DNA of 64,000 bases from Rubripirellula sp. Lineage in GTDB: Bacteria > Planctomycetota > Planctomycetia > Pirellulales > Pirellulaceae. The notes beneath the pieces were generated by a model. It was given only the letters and a program-made list of their open reading frames with translations. It ran no database searches and had not been told where the DNA came from. Within the stretch, counting starts at the first letter, position 1; every line of letters starts with the position of its first letter. Position numbers and translations under genes: made by a program. Positions 9,723-19,207 of the stretch are shown here, one piece after another. The stretch lies in NCBI GenBank assembly GCA_965216875.1, contig OZ244207.1:6336001-6400000 (forward strand), read 5' to 3'.

Positions 9723-10240
9723 CCGTAGTGGACGAGGCTACGAGTCCCTCCGCATGACATTCTGCTGACCATCGTTGCCCAAAGAGACTGGCCACGAAAA
9801 ACACAAGAATCCACAAAAAGCCACGTATGAGAATTCGTTAGTGAAAGATGAAACTCATCACGCGAGTAATTTCGAGCACTCGCCACGTTCACCGTTTTCT
9901 TCTTTTCGTGCCTTCTCGTGCTTTTTGTGGCTACCCCACCAAGCGCACCCGTAGTGGACGAGGCCACGAGTCCCTCCGCATGACATTCTGCTGACCATCG
10001 TTGCCCAAAGAGACTGGCCACGAAAAACACAAGAATCCACAAAAAGGCACGTGTGAGAATTCGATTGTGAAAGATGAAACTCATCACGCGAGTAATTTTG
10101 AGCACACGCCACGTTCGCCGTTTTCTTCTTTTAGTGCCTTCTCGTGTTTTTTGTGGCTACCCACCAAGCGCACCCGTAGTGGACGAGGCTACGAGTCCTT
10201 CACATCTGAGATCGAAGGACTCGTGGCCTCATCCACTACG
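9723..10240. repeat. Tandem array of ~225-226 bp REP-containing units (BIME-like), 2 full units plus terminal inverted REP pair
   Basis: CCGTAGTGGACGAGGCYACGAGTCC at 9723, 9949 and 10174; inverted copy ending 10240; the two units are near-identical. Confidence 0.92.
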
Positions 10241-11714
10241 AGGTTTGGATTAACGAGTCGGCGGCTCGATGGGCGACCGTCATCACGGTTGCGTTTGGGT
10301 TGCCGGTCGTTACCGAAGGAAGCACGGAGGCATCAGCAACAAAAAGCCTTTCGACGCCGCGGACCGCAAAGTTTGGGTCGACCACGCATTCGGAATCCGT
10401 TCCCATCGCGCAGGTGCTTGTGGGGTGATAGAGCGTCAACGCGTATCTCGCCACTGCTTTGGCAATGGCTTCTGGTGAAGATCGCTTTATCCCGGGCAAC
10501 AACTCTTTGCCGACCCAACGGGCAAGAGGATTTCTTTTGACGAGCGATCGGCACGTTTCGATGGCATCAACAAGCGTCGATAGATCGGATGGATGTTCGA
10601 GGTAATTGGGTTCGATCAATGGCGCGGCATCGACCTTGCTGGAGACAAACCGTAGCGATCCCCTCGACTCTGGATGGCAAACACTGACCGCGACCGTCAT
10701 CGCAGCCGGTGCATGATCGCTGGGATGAAGCAAATAGTGAGTTGGCGTGACGTGAATCTGGCATGCCTTCTGGCCTTCACCTAAAACGCCACCGCATTCG
10801 GCCAGGTTCGATGTGAGCGGGCCGGTGCCGGCGAAATGCCAACGGGCAAGATCTTGCATCGGGTGGGTCGTTGGAAATCGGTGGCACGTTTCCAGCGAGA
10901 AGATGATGGGCATCACCAAGTGATCTTGTAGGTTCGCTCCGACTCGAGGGGAATCATAGGTCGTCGGAATCGTGTGTTGGGCCAGGACATCAGCCGGACC
11001 GATACCGCTTCGCATCAGGATCATGGGTGTGGCGATGCTACCCGCGCAAAGCACAACGCCCTTCCCTGCTTTGATCTCTCTGCCGTCGTCCATCATGACT
11101 CCACTCGCGCGCTCCGCGTGAAAGACGACACGGTCAACGGCACCGCCGGCGATCGATACCCGAGATTCGCCATCAAGGAGTGACGCGGGACTCCATCGAA
11201 TGCCGTTGCGATTGAGTCGTTGATAGGGACCGAAATCGTTACCGTTGCCTTGCGCCGCTCGAACAAATCGCCGGGATGCTTCCGAAACCCAACGAGGTGC
11301 CTCGGGCTTCGCGAGCGATTCAACTTGACGATAGGTCGTCATCCAGTCGGTGACTGGGACGCGTTCCCCGGTCGCTTGCTCGAGCATTTCGAAGTCCCGG
11401 CTGGTGGGCGGGAACCAGATCATTGCGTTGATCCGACTGCTGCCACCCACGCCCTTGCCCCGCGGCCAATCGATCTGGCGACGGGCAAGTTGGCGGCAAG
11501 GTTCGGTTTTGTAGCCCCAGTCGTCGGTCGAACCGAGCAGACGAATCCAATCGGCTGGTCGAGCGATCGATTGGGTTTTGGAGCCTGCTTCACCGGGCTC
11601 GAGCAAGGTCACGCGCAAGCCGCTTTGGGCGATTTTATGAGCAATCACGCATCCGGCCGAACCTGCACCGACAACAATGACGTCACACTCAATCGTGTGT
11701 TGGACTCTGGTCAT
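10236..11714 (-). CDS. GMC-family FAD oxidoreductase (choline/alcohol dehydrogenase-like)
   Basis: VVGAGSAG, PRGKGVGGSSRIN, VGANLQDH, YHPTSTC, VADASVLP..TGNPNA. Confidence 0.9.
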   Translation of the reverse strand: MTRVQHTIECDVIVVGAGSAGCVIAHKIAQSGLRVTLLEPGEAGSKTQSIARPADWIRLLGSTDDWGYKTEPCRQLARRQIDWPRGKGVGGSSRINAMIWFPPTSRDFEMLEQATGERVPVTDWMTTYRQVESLAKPEAPRWVSEASRRFVRAAQGNGNDFGPYQRLNRNGIRWSPASLLDGESRVSIAGGAVDRVVFHAERASGVMMDDGREIKAGKGVVLCAGSIATPMILMRSGIGPADVLAQHTIPTTYDSPRVGANLQDHLVMPIIFSLETCHRFPTTHPMQDLARWHFAGTGPLTSNLAECGGVLGEGQKACQIHVTPTHYLLHPSDHAPAAMTVAVSVCHPESRGSLRFVSSKVDAAPLIEPNYLEHPSDLSTLVDAIETCRSLVKRNPLARWVGKELLPGIKRSSPEAIAKAVARYALTLYHPTSTCAMGTDSECVVDPNFAVRGVERLFVADASVLPSVTTGNPNATVMTVAHRAADSLIQTS

Positions 11715-11860
11715 CGCACAAATCCCTGCAAAAATATCGGTCCCTGCAATAATTGGGGACAATAGTCGATCGGGCGATTAATGTTTACGATTTCGCCTGC
11801 ACGCAACAGGTCTCCATCCCGTTTCCACGTCATGCTGGTCACCAGCAAAGCTACAAATCC

Positions 11861-13078
11861 ATGTCTGCCTCGGCCCAAACCTCATCGCGTTTCGCAAACC
11901 TTCAAGTCGCACCCCCAGACGCCATTTTGGGGCTAACCGAAGCGTTCGTCGCCGATTCCAACCCCAACAAGATGAATTTGAGCGTCGGCGTCTACAAAGA
12001 TGCCTCGGGCCAAACACCGGTCCTGCGATGCGTCAAAGAGGCCGAGAAGAAGCTGATTGAAACGGAGGCCACCAAGGGTTACCTGCCGATCGATGGCTAC
12101 GCCGACTATCGCAACCACGTTCGCCAATTGATTTTTGCCGACAAAGTGGATGCCGAACGTATCTCGGTTCTGCAGACGCCGGGTGGAACGGGAGCGCTTC
12201 GCGTCGCGTCCGATTTCATGGTGTCGCAGTTGCCCAAAATTCGTATTTGGATGCCGACACCAACTTGGGCCAATCACAAAGCGATCTTCGAGGCGGCTGG
12301 ATTGCCTAGCGACGGTTATCGCTACTTGGGCGCCGATCGGACGTCGTTCGACATTGATGGCATGCTCGAAGATTTGCAATCCAAGACCACTCCCGGCGAC
12401 GCCGTGTTATTGCACGCGTGCTGTCACAATCCGACCGGTGTCGACCCAACCGAAGAGCAATGGAAGCAGATCGCGGACGTCTTGCGTGAAAAGCAACTCT
12501 TGCCACTTGTCGACTTTGCCTACCAAGGCTTTGGAAGCGGGCTCGAAGAAGATTCGACCGGACTGCATACCGTCCTTTCGGCAGTGGATGAAGCGATCGT
12601 TTGTAGTTCGTTTTCGAAGAACTTCGGTCTTTACAGCGAACGTGTTGGCGCGGTGTCACTGGTCGCTGGCGATGCGTCGGCTGCGAAAGCGGCGCAAAGC
12701 CAACTGAAAAAGGTTGTGCGTTCCAACTACTCCAATCCGCCACGACATGGTGGCGCTGTGGTGGCGACCGTTTTGGATGACGCCGAGCTGACGCAGCTTT
12801 GGAAAGAAGAATTGACCGAGATGCGTGAGCGGATCACACGTTTGCGAACTTCATTCGTCGAAACGATGAAGACGACCGGTGCAGGTCACGACTTCTCGTT
12901 CTTGCTGCCGCAAAACGGAATGTTCTCGTTCTCAGGTTTGACGCCAATGCAAGTCGACCAGCTCAAGAGCGAGTACAGCATCTACATCGTCGGCAGCGGA
13001 CGCATCAACGTCGCGGGCATGAGCGAAGACCGAATGGACTGGTTCTGCGAAGCCGTCGCCAACGTGCTCGAGTCGTAA
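11861..13078 (+). CDS. aspC: Aspartate/aromatic amino acid aminotransferase
   Basis: PPDAILGL, NLSVGVY, QTPGGTGALR, HACCHNPTG, DFAYQGFG, SFSKNFGLYSER (PLP Lys), GRINVAG. Confidence 0.93.
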   Translation: MSASAQTSSRFANLQVAPPDAILGLTEAFVADSNPNKMNLSVGVYKDASGQTPVLRCVKEAEKKLIETEATKGYLPIDGYADYRNHVRQLIFADKVDAERISVLQTPGGTGALRVASDFMVSQLPKIRIWMPTPTWANHKAIFEAAGLPSDGYRYLGADRTSFDIDGMLEDLQSKTTPGDAVLLHACCHNPTGVDPTEEQWKQIADVLREKQLLPLVDFAYQGFGSGLEEDSTGLHTVLSAVDEAIVCSSFSKNFGLYSERVGAVSLVAGDASAAKAAQSQLKKVVRSNYSNPPRHGGAVVATVLDDAELTQLWKEELTEMRERITRLRTSFVETMKTTGAGHDFSFLLPQNGMFSFSGLTPMQVDQLKSEYSIYIVGSGRINVAGMSEDRMDWFCEAVANVLES

Positions 13079-13115
13079 GCCAGACAAACGTCTCTTGTTC
13101 TCACGGGGAGAGGCA

Positions 13116-13287
13116 GTTCGTAGTCCCGAGCTTTAGCCGGAATCTTCTGGCATCGGGCCTGCAAAACATCGGCCGCAACGCGATAGCATAGGGCCTTACG
13201 GACGACTAAGCGTATGCGCCTGTCATGCGGAGCATGACCTACGAAGAGAACGCAGAGCGGCGTTCCCACGGGGACCGTGGGAACGAG
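13116..13287. repeat. Mixed REP cluster (families A, F, G) between convergent genes
   Basis: GTTCGTAGTCCCGAGCTTTAGCCGGAAT (13116); TGTCATGCGGAGCATGACCTAC (13221-13242); hairpin CGTTCCCACGGGGACCGTGGGAACG (13261-13285). Confidence 0.8.
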
Positions 13288-13303
13288 GAGTGAGGCCTAA
13301 GGT

Positions 13304-14539
13304 TCAGCCAAACAGCTCGATCGGTTTGTAATCGCCGATCATCTCATGAGCGTTGGGGCAACGCAGCCAGTCCTGAAGCACGGCGGCATAGACCTGGCGA
13401 AAGTCGGTGTGATACTTCAAATCGCCATCAGCCAAGTCGGTTAGGCTTGGATGTTTGCCAATCAGCCCGGGCTTGATCTTCGTTCCGGCCAAAAGGATCG
13501 GACCGGCTGTGCCATGATCGGTGCCATCACTTGCGTTTTCAGCAACGCGGCGGCCAAACTCGCTGAAGCACATCGTTAGCACGCGTTCGGCCTGGCCGAT
13601 CGCGACCATGTCGTCGACGAATGTAGCGACCGCATCACTCACTTGCCGCAACAGCCCGGCATGAGCATCCGGCTGGTTGGCATGTGTGTCAAAACCATCG
13701 ATCCGCAAGTAGAAGACTTTGGTCTGCAAGCCGGAGGCAATCAGTTTGGCGACCGTTTGAAACTTTTTGCCAAGTGGCGTTTGCGGGTAAGGACGACTCG
13801 GTTTGTAGGCGGCGCCGGCCGATTCCATTCGTCGACTGGCGCGGATCGCCGATGCTGTGCTCGTTTGTACAAAGCCAAGCAAGTCGTTGCCCTCTTCGCG
13901 TGTTTGTCCACTCAGATCGCTGATCGCGTCGACAAACTCGGGTCGACCGCTGCCGTCGAGCCGAAACTGCTCGAGCGATTGGATCGAAGGCACGCGCACG
14001 TCGCGTGACATCAACGCAAACGGCTGTTTGTCGTTGCCGAGGTGAAGTCCCGTGGGGTCTTGTGACAATCCGATCGATTGGAGGTAACGACCGATCCAAC
14101 CGTCGGTTCGAGTTTCGTTCTTGCGCTGGCAGGTGTGCCAGATGTCCATCGAATCAAAGTGCGACCGATTCGGTTTGTCGTAACCGACACCCTGGACGAT
14201 TGCGAAACGTCCCTGTTCCAACAAGTCGGACATGCCACGCATGGCTGGGTGCAAGCCGATCTCGTCGGTGACCGACCGTGTGTCTTTGGCGTTGATCGCA
14301 AGCTTGGGTCGGGAACTGCGATAGGCCGGATCTTTGGCCGGGACGACGCAGTTGAGCCCGTCGTTGCCGCCCGCCATTTCGACGACAACAAGGATGCGTT
14401 GCTCGTCGGCGGCATCGGCTGCGGCATGGCACATCAGCGCCGGCGCTAACGAGGAACCGATCGCCACGACCGCCGATCCCGCTACGGTTTGCGACAAAAA
14501 TTCTCGTCGGGTTGCCGACGATCGCTGCAACTGCGTCAT
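13304..14539 (-). CDS. DUF1501 domain protein, Tat-exported
   Basis: TRREFL twin-arginine signal; GGNDGLN, NRSHF, GFDTHANQ, FSEFGRR, GTDHG. Confidence 0.88.
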   Translation of the reverse strand: MTQLQRSSATRREFLSQTVAGSAVVAIGSSLAPALMCHAAADAADEQRILVVVEMAGGNDGLNCVVPAKDPAYRSSRPKLAINAKDTRSVTDEIGLHPAMRGMSDLLEQGRFAIVQGVGYDKPNRSHFDSMDIWHTCQRKNETRTDGWIGRYLQSIGLSQDPTGLHLGNDKQPFALMSRDVRVPSIQSLEQFRLDGSGRPEFVDAISDLSGQTREEGNDLLGFVQTSTASAIRASRRMESAGAAYKPSRPYPQTPLGKKFQTVAKLIASGLQTKVFYLRIDGFDTHANQPDAHAGLLRQVSDAVATFVDDMVAIGQAERVLTMCFSEFGRRVAENASDGTDHGTAGPILLAGTKIKPGLIGKHPSLTDLADGDLKYHTDFRQVYAAVLQDWLRCPNAHEMIGDYKPIELFG

Positions 14540-14559
14540 CTCAAGTCTCCGATCTCGCG

Positions 14560-15924
14560 TTAGGCCAGTTGGAATTCCGGTAGCGTGCAAATGGCGTGCA
14601 CCGCCTCTTTGACTCGCTCTTCACTCGAGGTTGCCCCGTGGTCATAGAGGTCGCGAATTCGCTCGCGGGCATGTCCCGGGATGTCGACCGCGAAGAGTGT
14701 TTGCTGGAAGTGCTCGATCAAGTCGCCGGCCGATTGGACGTTCTGTTTGCGAAGGTAGTCGACCAGTCGTTTGCGCCCGAAGCGGGTCTTGTCGCTGTCG
14801 ATCAACGTTCGAATCAGGTTGGATCGTCCAAGCAGTGTCGATGAATTGATCCAGGTGCGTCCGCCATCCCAGCCTTTGACACTGGGCGGAAAGAACAATC
14901 CCTGTCCCAAACGCTCAAAGGCATCCGCGAGTTGGAACATGTCGGTCGAGCCGTCGAGCGCGACTAAGAATCCGGCACCCAGCTCCACGGGCGAACGCAC
15001 TTTTCGGCCACGCGTGAAGGCCGAGAACATTAGGTTGCTGCCGAGGATGCGCTTGACGGTGGGGCCGATCTGCATGCCATCGCCGCGCATTTGCTGGGCC
15101 AACGGTTCGATCAGTTGCTCGCTTCCTTCGGGTTCGTCCGCAAGGAAGTAGCGAACCAGTTTCTTGGCAAGGAATCGAGGAGCTGAATCTTGAGCGGCGA
15201 CAATTCGGACACCCTCCTCGCCACCAAAAGCGCCGGTTTCACCAAGTACCTTTTTGGTCCCCGTGTCATGCTGGTAGCGATTGAATCGAAACTTCTTTCG
15301 TTTGATTTCCCAGCCGGTGAAACAGCGAGCGAGTTCACGAATGTCGGCTTCGCTGTATTGGCCTTCACCGAGCGCGAACAGCTCCATGATCTCGCGAGCG
15401 TAGTTTTCGTTTGGGTGTGCTTTGCGATTGGTTGCCGAATCCAAATAGATCAACATCGCCGGATCACGCGACACTTCGAGCAGTAGTTCATGGAAGTCGC
15501 CCATCGCAAATCGCCTAAGCAAGTCGTTTTGGGCAAGCATCAACTCGGCGTCTTCGACTTTGGCGGCACTGGTAGCGAAGTGGCCGTGCCAAAACAGCGT
15601 CATCTTCTCAAGCAGTGGCGCCGGCGTGTTGATGATGCGGTAGGCCCACTGCGCCGCAAGTTGTTTGACGTTGCCAGTGCCGAGAGTGGCCTGAGTCAGG
15701 TCGGTCATTTCCTGCTGGAAGGAGTCAGGTTCGACGGCGTCAACCAACCGCTGCACCACCTCGGACGGCGTCTGTGTAGCGGCAACTTCAAGCTGCTCGC
15801 GCGAGGCCGCAAACCCGGCTCGGCGAAACAAGTGCGCTGCGGCTCGCACATCCCAGGGAGATTCGTCCGAAGGCTCGTAGGCTTGCCAGGCCCAGGCCGG
15901 ATCGATCATTGACCAGTCCATCAT
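14560..15924 (-). CDS. DUF1800 domain protein
   Basis: AAHLFRRAGF, EKMTLFWHGHFATS, AMLIYLD, PNENYAREIMELFALG, PPSVKGW. Confidence 0.9.
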   Translation of the reverse strand: MMDWSMIDPAWAWQAYEPSDESPWDVRAAAHLFRRAGFAASREQLEVAATQTPSEVVQRLVDAVEPDSFQQEMTDLTQATLGTGNVKQLAAQWAYRIINTPAPLLEKMTLFWHGHFATSAAKVEDAELMLAQNDLLRRFAMGDFHELLLEVSRDPAMLIYLDSATNRKAHPNENYAREIMELFALGEGQYSEADIRELARCFTGWEIKRKKFRFNRYQHDTGTKKVLGETGAFGGEEGVRIVAAQDSAPRFLAKKLVRYFLADEPEGSEQLIEPLAQQMRGDGMQIGPTVKRILGSNLMFSAFTRGRKVRSPVELGAGFLVALDGSTDMFQLADAFERLGQGLFFPPSVKGWDGGRTWINSSTLLGRSNLIRTLIDSDKTRFGRKRLVDYLRKQNVQSAGDLIEHFQQTLFAVDIPGHARERIRDLYDHGATSSEERVKEAVHAICTLPEFQLA

Positions 15925-15953
15925 CTCGGCTCCTTAAACAACGGGGCAAGCAT

Positions 15954-17696
15954 CTATTCACCTTGGACACGAACGGCCAAGCCGATGTCGAGTCGATCAT
16001 CGGTGGTCGCCAAGTCAAACGACATCTCTTTGAAGTAACCAACGACTTCGAGAACCAAGTCGATCACCGCTTCGGCTTCTTCGCGGGTGTTTCCATCTTC
16101 GAGCATGTTCTGTGCGATCAGTTGTCCGCGATTGTCGTTCAGCACGTCCCGCAACACCGACGCATTGAGCACTGCCTCGGAGTTCTTTTCGATGCTTTGA
16201 CTCGATGGCTTCACCGAAACGAGATCCTTGGCCAGCGTTTTTGTGCTCGACACAACAAACCGACCACCATCAAAGGCGACCGTTGGTGAAAAGTTGAAGA
16301 TGATGGGCGCTTGAGTCGATTCTCGATCATCTTCTTCGGGAACAAAGGTTGAACTGACCAGTTCAATGTCGTCTTCGAGTTTCTCCATGTCTAACTCGAG
16401 TTGGTTCTGGCCGTTCATGGCACCAATGACATTCAAAAAGCCGACCACGCTCTGGAACGTGCGGCGCAGCTCGCGGGTCATCGTTTCGGGTTCACGAAGA
16501 CGCATCACCAATGCGAACGAAGGCAGCTTGATGGTCGGTCGAGGCAATATCCCTTCGAACTCTTGCCGGGCCGCGATGAATCCAACTTCGGGATGAACCG
16601 AACCGAGGATGTCTTCACCGAAATCACGTCCTGCGAACAACGTGCTCAGGTTTGCATCGGCTTGAGCGAATTGATCGTTGATGCGTTCGCTGAATAGATC
16701 CCCCGCTTGCAGCCACATTTCCGAAAAGTCGCGGTAGGTGCTTAATGAAAACAGTGTCTCGTCGACTTCGGCGACTTCAGGACCATGCCCTTTACCATCA
16801 GGTCCGAAGTAGTATTCGCGCACTGTGGGCACCCAGCTGGATTGGTGTGGCATGCTAATGGCGAATTGCAATCCGGATGCGTCGATGTTGGTCGACGCCG
16901 TCATGTAGGGAGTCTTGTTGAGCGTGCTTTGAATCCCACCAACAAGCAATTCCAATGCCGGGTTATCAATCTGCTTTTTGTAGATCCCTTTGCCCTGCTC
17001 CGTTTCGCGAACCGCTTGGACATCAAAGAAGGCCCACGCGGTTTTTGCATTTTCCTGTTCGGCAAGGGCTCGTTGATAACGCTCGTTGTCGGCAAGGCTG
17101 TCACCTTCGCCATCGATCATTCGATCGAGGACGGCTTGGCCAATTTTGTTGGCCAGTGTCACCACCATCCGGTCCTCGACGACGGCAAACTTGGCTTTAT
17201 TGATTTCGGTGACTTCCACGTCGCGATATTGGTGTGTGTAGATTTCATCGGCGTTCATACCGAACTTGGCCAGCGCGACGAGCTTGTCGCGAAAGTGGGT
17301 CATCGAATCGGCGTCGGCACCATGTATCACCATCGCGACGGAGTTCTTTTCCGCCGTGTCCATGCCGATTGCGATGCCATGCTTGGCATAGGTCGCGATC
17401 GCTTCACGCCAAGTTTTTCCAAAGTGCGACTCGATAAACAATCGGGTCGTTTGAAAACGCTCAAAATCGGGTGTTTCGGTCGCCATTTTGTACGGCGGAA
17501 GTGCTTCGATCCGCTTCCGCAGCGGATGGTCAAAGATCGTCGTCACCAGGTCATCGGGATCGTGCAGTTCGGCATAGACGATCGTCGAAGCTGGGAAGAG
17601 CGAGGCCGACGACGAAGGGTTCTCAGCGATCGACGTCGATGTGAAGGAGATGCCCGATAGCAGCGCGAGCACCGCGACGGTGGTGGATCGGTTCAT
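15954..17696 (-). CDS. Hypothetical exported protein (possibly DUF3352-like), first gene of the DUF1800/DUF1501 operon
   Basis: Signal peptide after ATG 17696; LFPASTIVYAE N-terminus; short gaps to downstream genes. Confidence 0.6.
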   Translation of the reverse strand: MNRSTTVAVLALLSGISFTSTSIAENPSSSASLFPASTIVYAELHDPDDLVTTIFDHPLRKRIEALPPYKMATETPDFERFQTTRLFIESHFGKTWREAIATYAKHGIAIGMDTAEKNSVAMVIHGADADSMTHFRDKLVALAKFGMNADEIYTHQYRDVEVTEINKAKFAVVEDRMVVTLANKIGQAVLDRMIDGEGDSLADNERYQRALAEQENAKTAWAFFDVQAVRETEQGKGIYKKQIDNPALELLVGGIQSTLNKTPYMTASTNIDASGLQFAISMPHQSSWVPTVREYYFGPDGKGHGPEVAEVDETLFSLSTYRDFSEMWLQAGDLFSERINDQFAQADANLSTLFAGRDFGEDILGSVHPEVGFIAARQEFEGILPRPTIKLPSFALVMRLREPETMTRELRRTFQSVVGFLNVIGAMNGQNQLELDMEKLEDDIELVSSTFVPEEDDRESTQAPIIFNFSPTVAFDGGRFVVSSTKTLAKDLVSVKPSSQSIEKNSEAVLNASVLRDVLNDNRGQLIAQNMLEDGNTREEAEAVIDLVLEVVGYFKEMSFDLATTDDRLDIGLAVRVQGE

Positions 17697-17985
17697 GTCA
17701 AAACCTAGCTGGATGTGAGAAGGGGCAGGACCTCGCCGACTACGTTTCGCAGGATTCGTTCGAATCTTGGCGAGAACCTTATCCTTTTTTAGTTTGTTTT
17801 GAGCCGCGTCGCAGACGGTTCCTCTAGAGATACCCGGCATGGCTGCCGCCGGTTTCAGCTACCATGCCAACAATCTGCCGGCCAGCAGATTGTCGTATCG
17901 AAGTACTGGCGGAATCTCTCGGATCTTTCGCCAAAAGGCGGGGCCACAACCGGATCTTGAACGGTCACTCGAAGAGTCATGGCCG

Positions 17986-18900
17986 CTAGGCGTGATTCTT
18001 GACCATGACGACTTCGCTGTAGTCGTTATGAAAGTGGACATCGTCCATGAAGCTGGTGATCAGCATGAGTCCACGACACTGTTCGAGTTCGAATGACTCG
18101 GGTGTCCCCGGAGCGGGTGTCATTCGTGTCAATCGACCGGGACCATCGTGCGAAACCAGGATGCGCGTGTCTTGATCTGCCACCGAAATTTTGAGTTGGA
18201 CGCAACGTTCACTGTAAGGCTTTGAGTCGGCACGAAATTGGATATCATCGACTCCCGAAGGGTCTCCTGAAACCAATTGACTCAGCGCATGGTCTTCGTC
18301 TTGCAGCTCGAGGTTGCCGTAGCAAACCGAGTTGAACAATGCACTTGCTGTGGCGGTCGCCACACGAATGCGCTCGGTGGTGTTCATGCGCCCTGCGGCT
18401 GCGAGTGATTGAATCACAAACAGCGTTGCGGGATGAATTGATTCGACATGATTGTCGAGTGTGAAGCTGAACTCGGGACGCGACAAACTCCCTGAAAAGT
18501 TTGAATACATCTGATCAACATTGGCCATCTTGATCGTTCGATCGACGACGTTGACCAGTAGTTTGCTGAGCGAATTCTTGGGCACAAAATTGGCGGCACC
18601 CAGCGCGAGAGCGTCGACGGCGAGCGATTCGGATCCGCGCGCCGTGACGACAACCGTTGGCAACTGCGAGTGTTCGGCTGCAATCGTTTGCACCAACTCT
18701 TGGCCGTTCATTTCCGGCATCCGCAAGTCGGTGACAACCAAATCTGGATTGAGTTCAGGGATCGCGTCGATCGCTTCCTTGCCGTTGGTAACGCAGTGGA
18801 CGGTGTGCGAAACCTCTTCCAGCAACGAACGCATCAGCACCGTATGCGTTGGACTGTCTTCGGCTAGCAGGATCACCGACATCGGTTGTTCGTCGCTCAA
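17986..18900 (-). CDS. Response regulator: receiver domain plus degenerate HATPase_c (RsbW-like) output domain
   Basis: LAEDS, VVTDLRMPEMNG, T and K residues; C-terminal FNSVCYGN, HDGPG, RGLMLITSFMD; alternative start ATG 18882. Confidence 0.85.
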   Translation of the reverse strand: MSDEQPMSVILLAEDSPTHTVLMRSLLEEVSHTVHCVTNGKEAIDAIPELNPDLVVTDLRMPEMNGQELVQTIAAEHSQLPTVVVTARGSESLAVDALALGAANFVPKNSLSKLLVNVVDRTIKMANVDQMYSNFSGSLSRPEFSFTLDNHVESIHPATLFVIQSLAAAGRMNTTERIRVATATASALFNSVCYGNLELQDEDHALSQLVSGDPSGVDDIQFRADSKPYSERCVQLKISVADQDTRILVSHDGPGRLTRMTPAPGTPESFELEQCRGLMLITSFMDDVHFHNDYSEVVMVKNHA

Positions 18901-19027
18901 CGTTGGAAATGATCAAAGGATGGACACTCCCGAATTTAACTCATCGCGAACGTCCTGTGGTGAATTCTGTTTTTCTGGCGGGGATGGCTGTACCACCTCG
19001 GGAAATCGCTCAACGCCAAGCGGATCG

Positions 19028-19090
19028 GTTTGTAGTACCGCCTTTAGGCGGATGAGCACGAAGATTCCGCCTAAAGGCGGTACTACAAAC
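19028..19090. repeat. REPIN-like doublet, family A
   Basis: GTTTGTAGTACCGCCTTTAGGCGGA..TCCGCCTAAAGGCGGTACTACAAAC perfect inverted arms. Confidence 0.92.
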
Positions 19091-19207
19091 GGGAGGCTCA
19101 CGAAGACCACAGTTTGCTTCCCCACCGACGCGATCGATCACCCGCGAATGCTTGGTGCAAGTATGATGTGGCCTTCCCTCCACACCACCCGCCGCATACT
19201 GAACAAG

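Noticed and set aside
9662..10240. CRISPR array or small repeat proteins (147-aa and 84-aa ORFs)
   Set aside because: Inter-repeat segments are ~200 bp and near-identical rather than unique spacers; no cas genes; the ORFs are translations of the repeat.
18521..19207. 229-aa N-terminal extension of the 924-aa hydrolase ORF
   Set aside because: Overlaps the response regulator antisense and runs through a REPIN; the signal peptide begins at ATG 19208.
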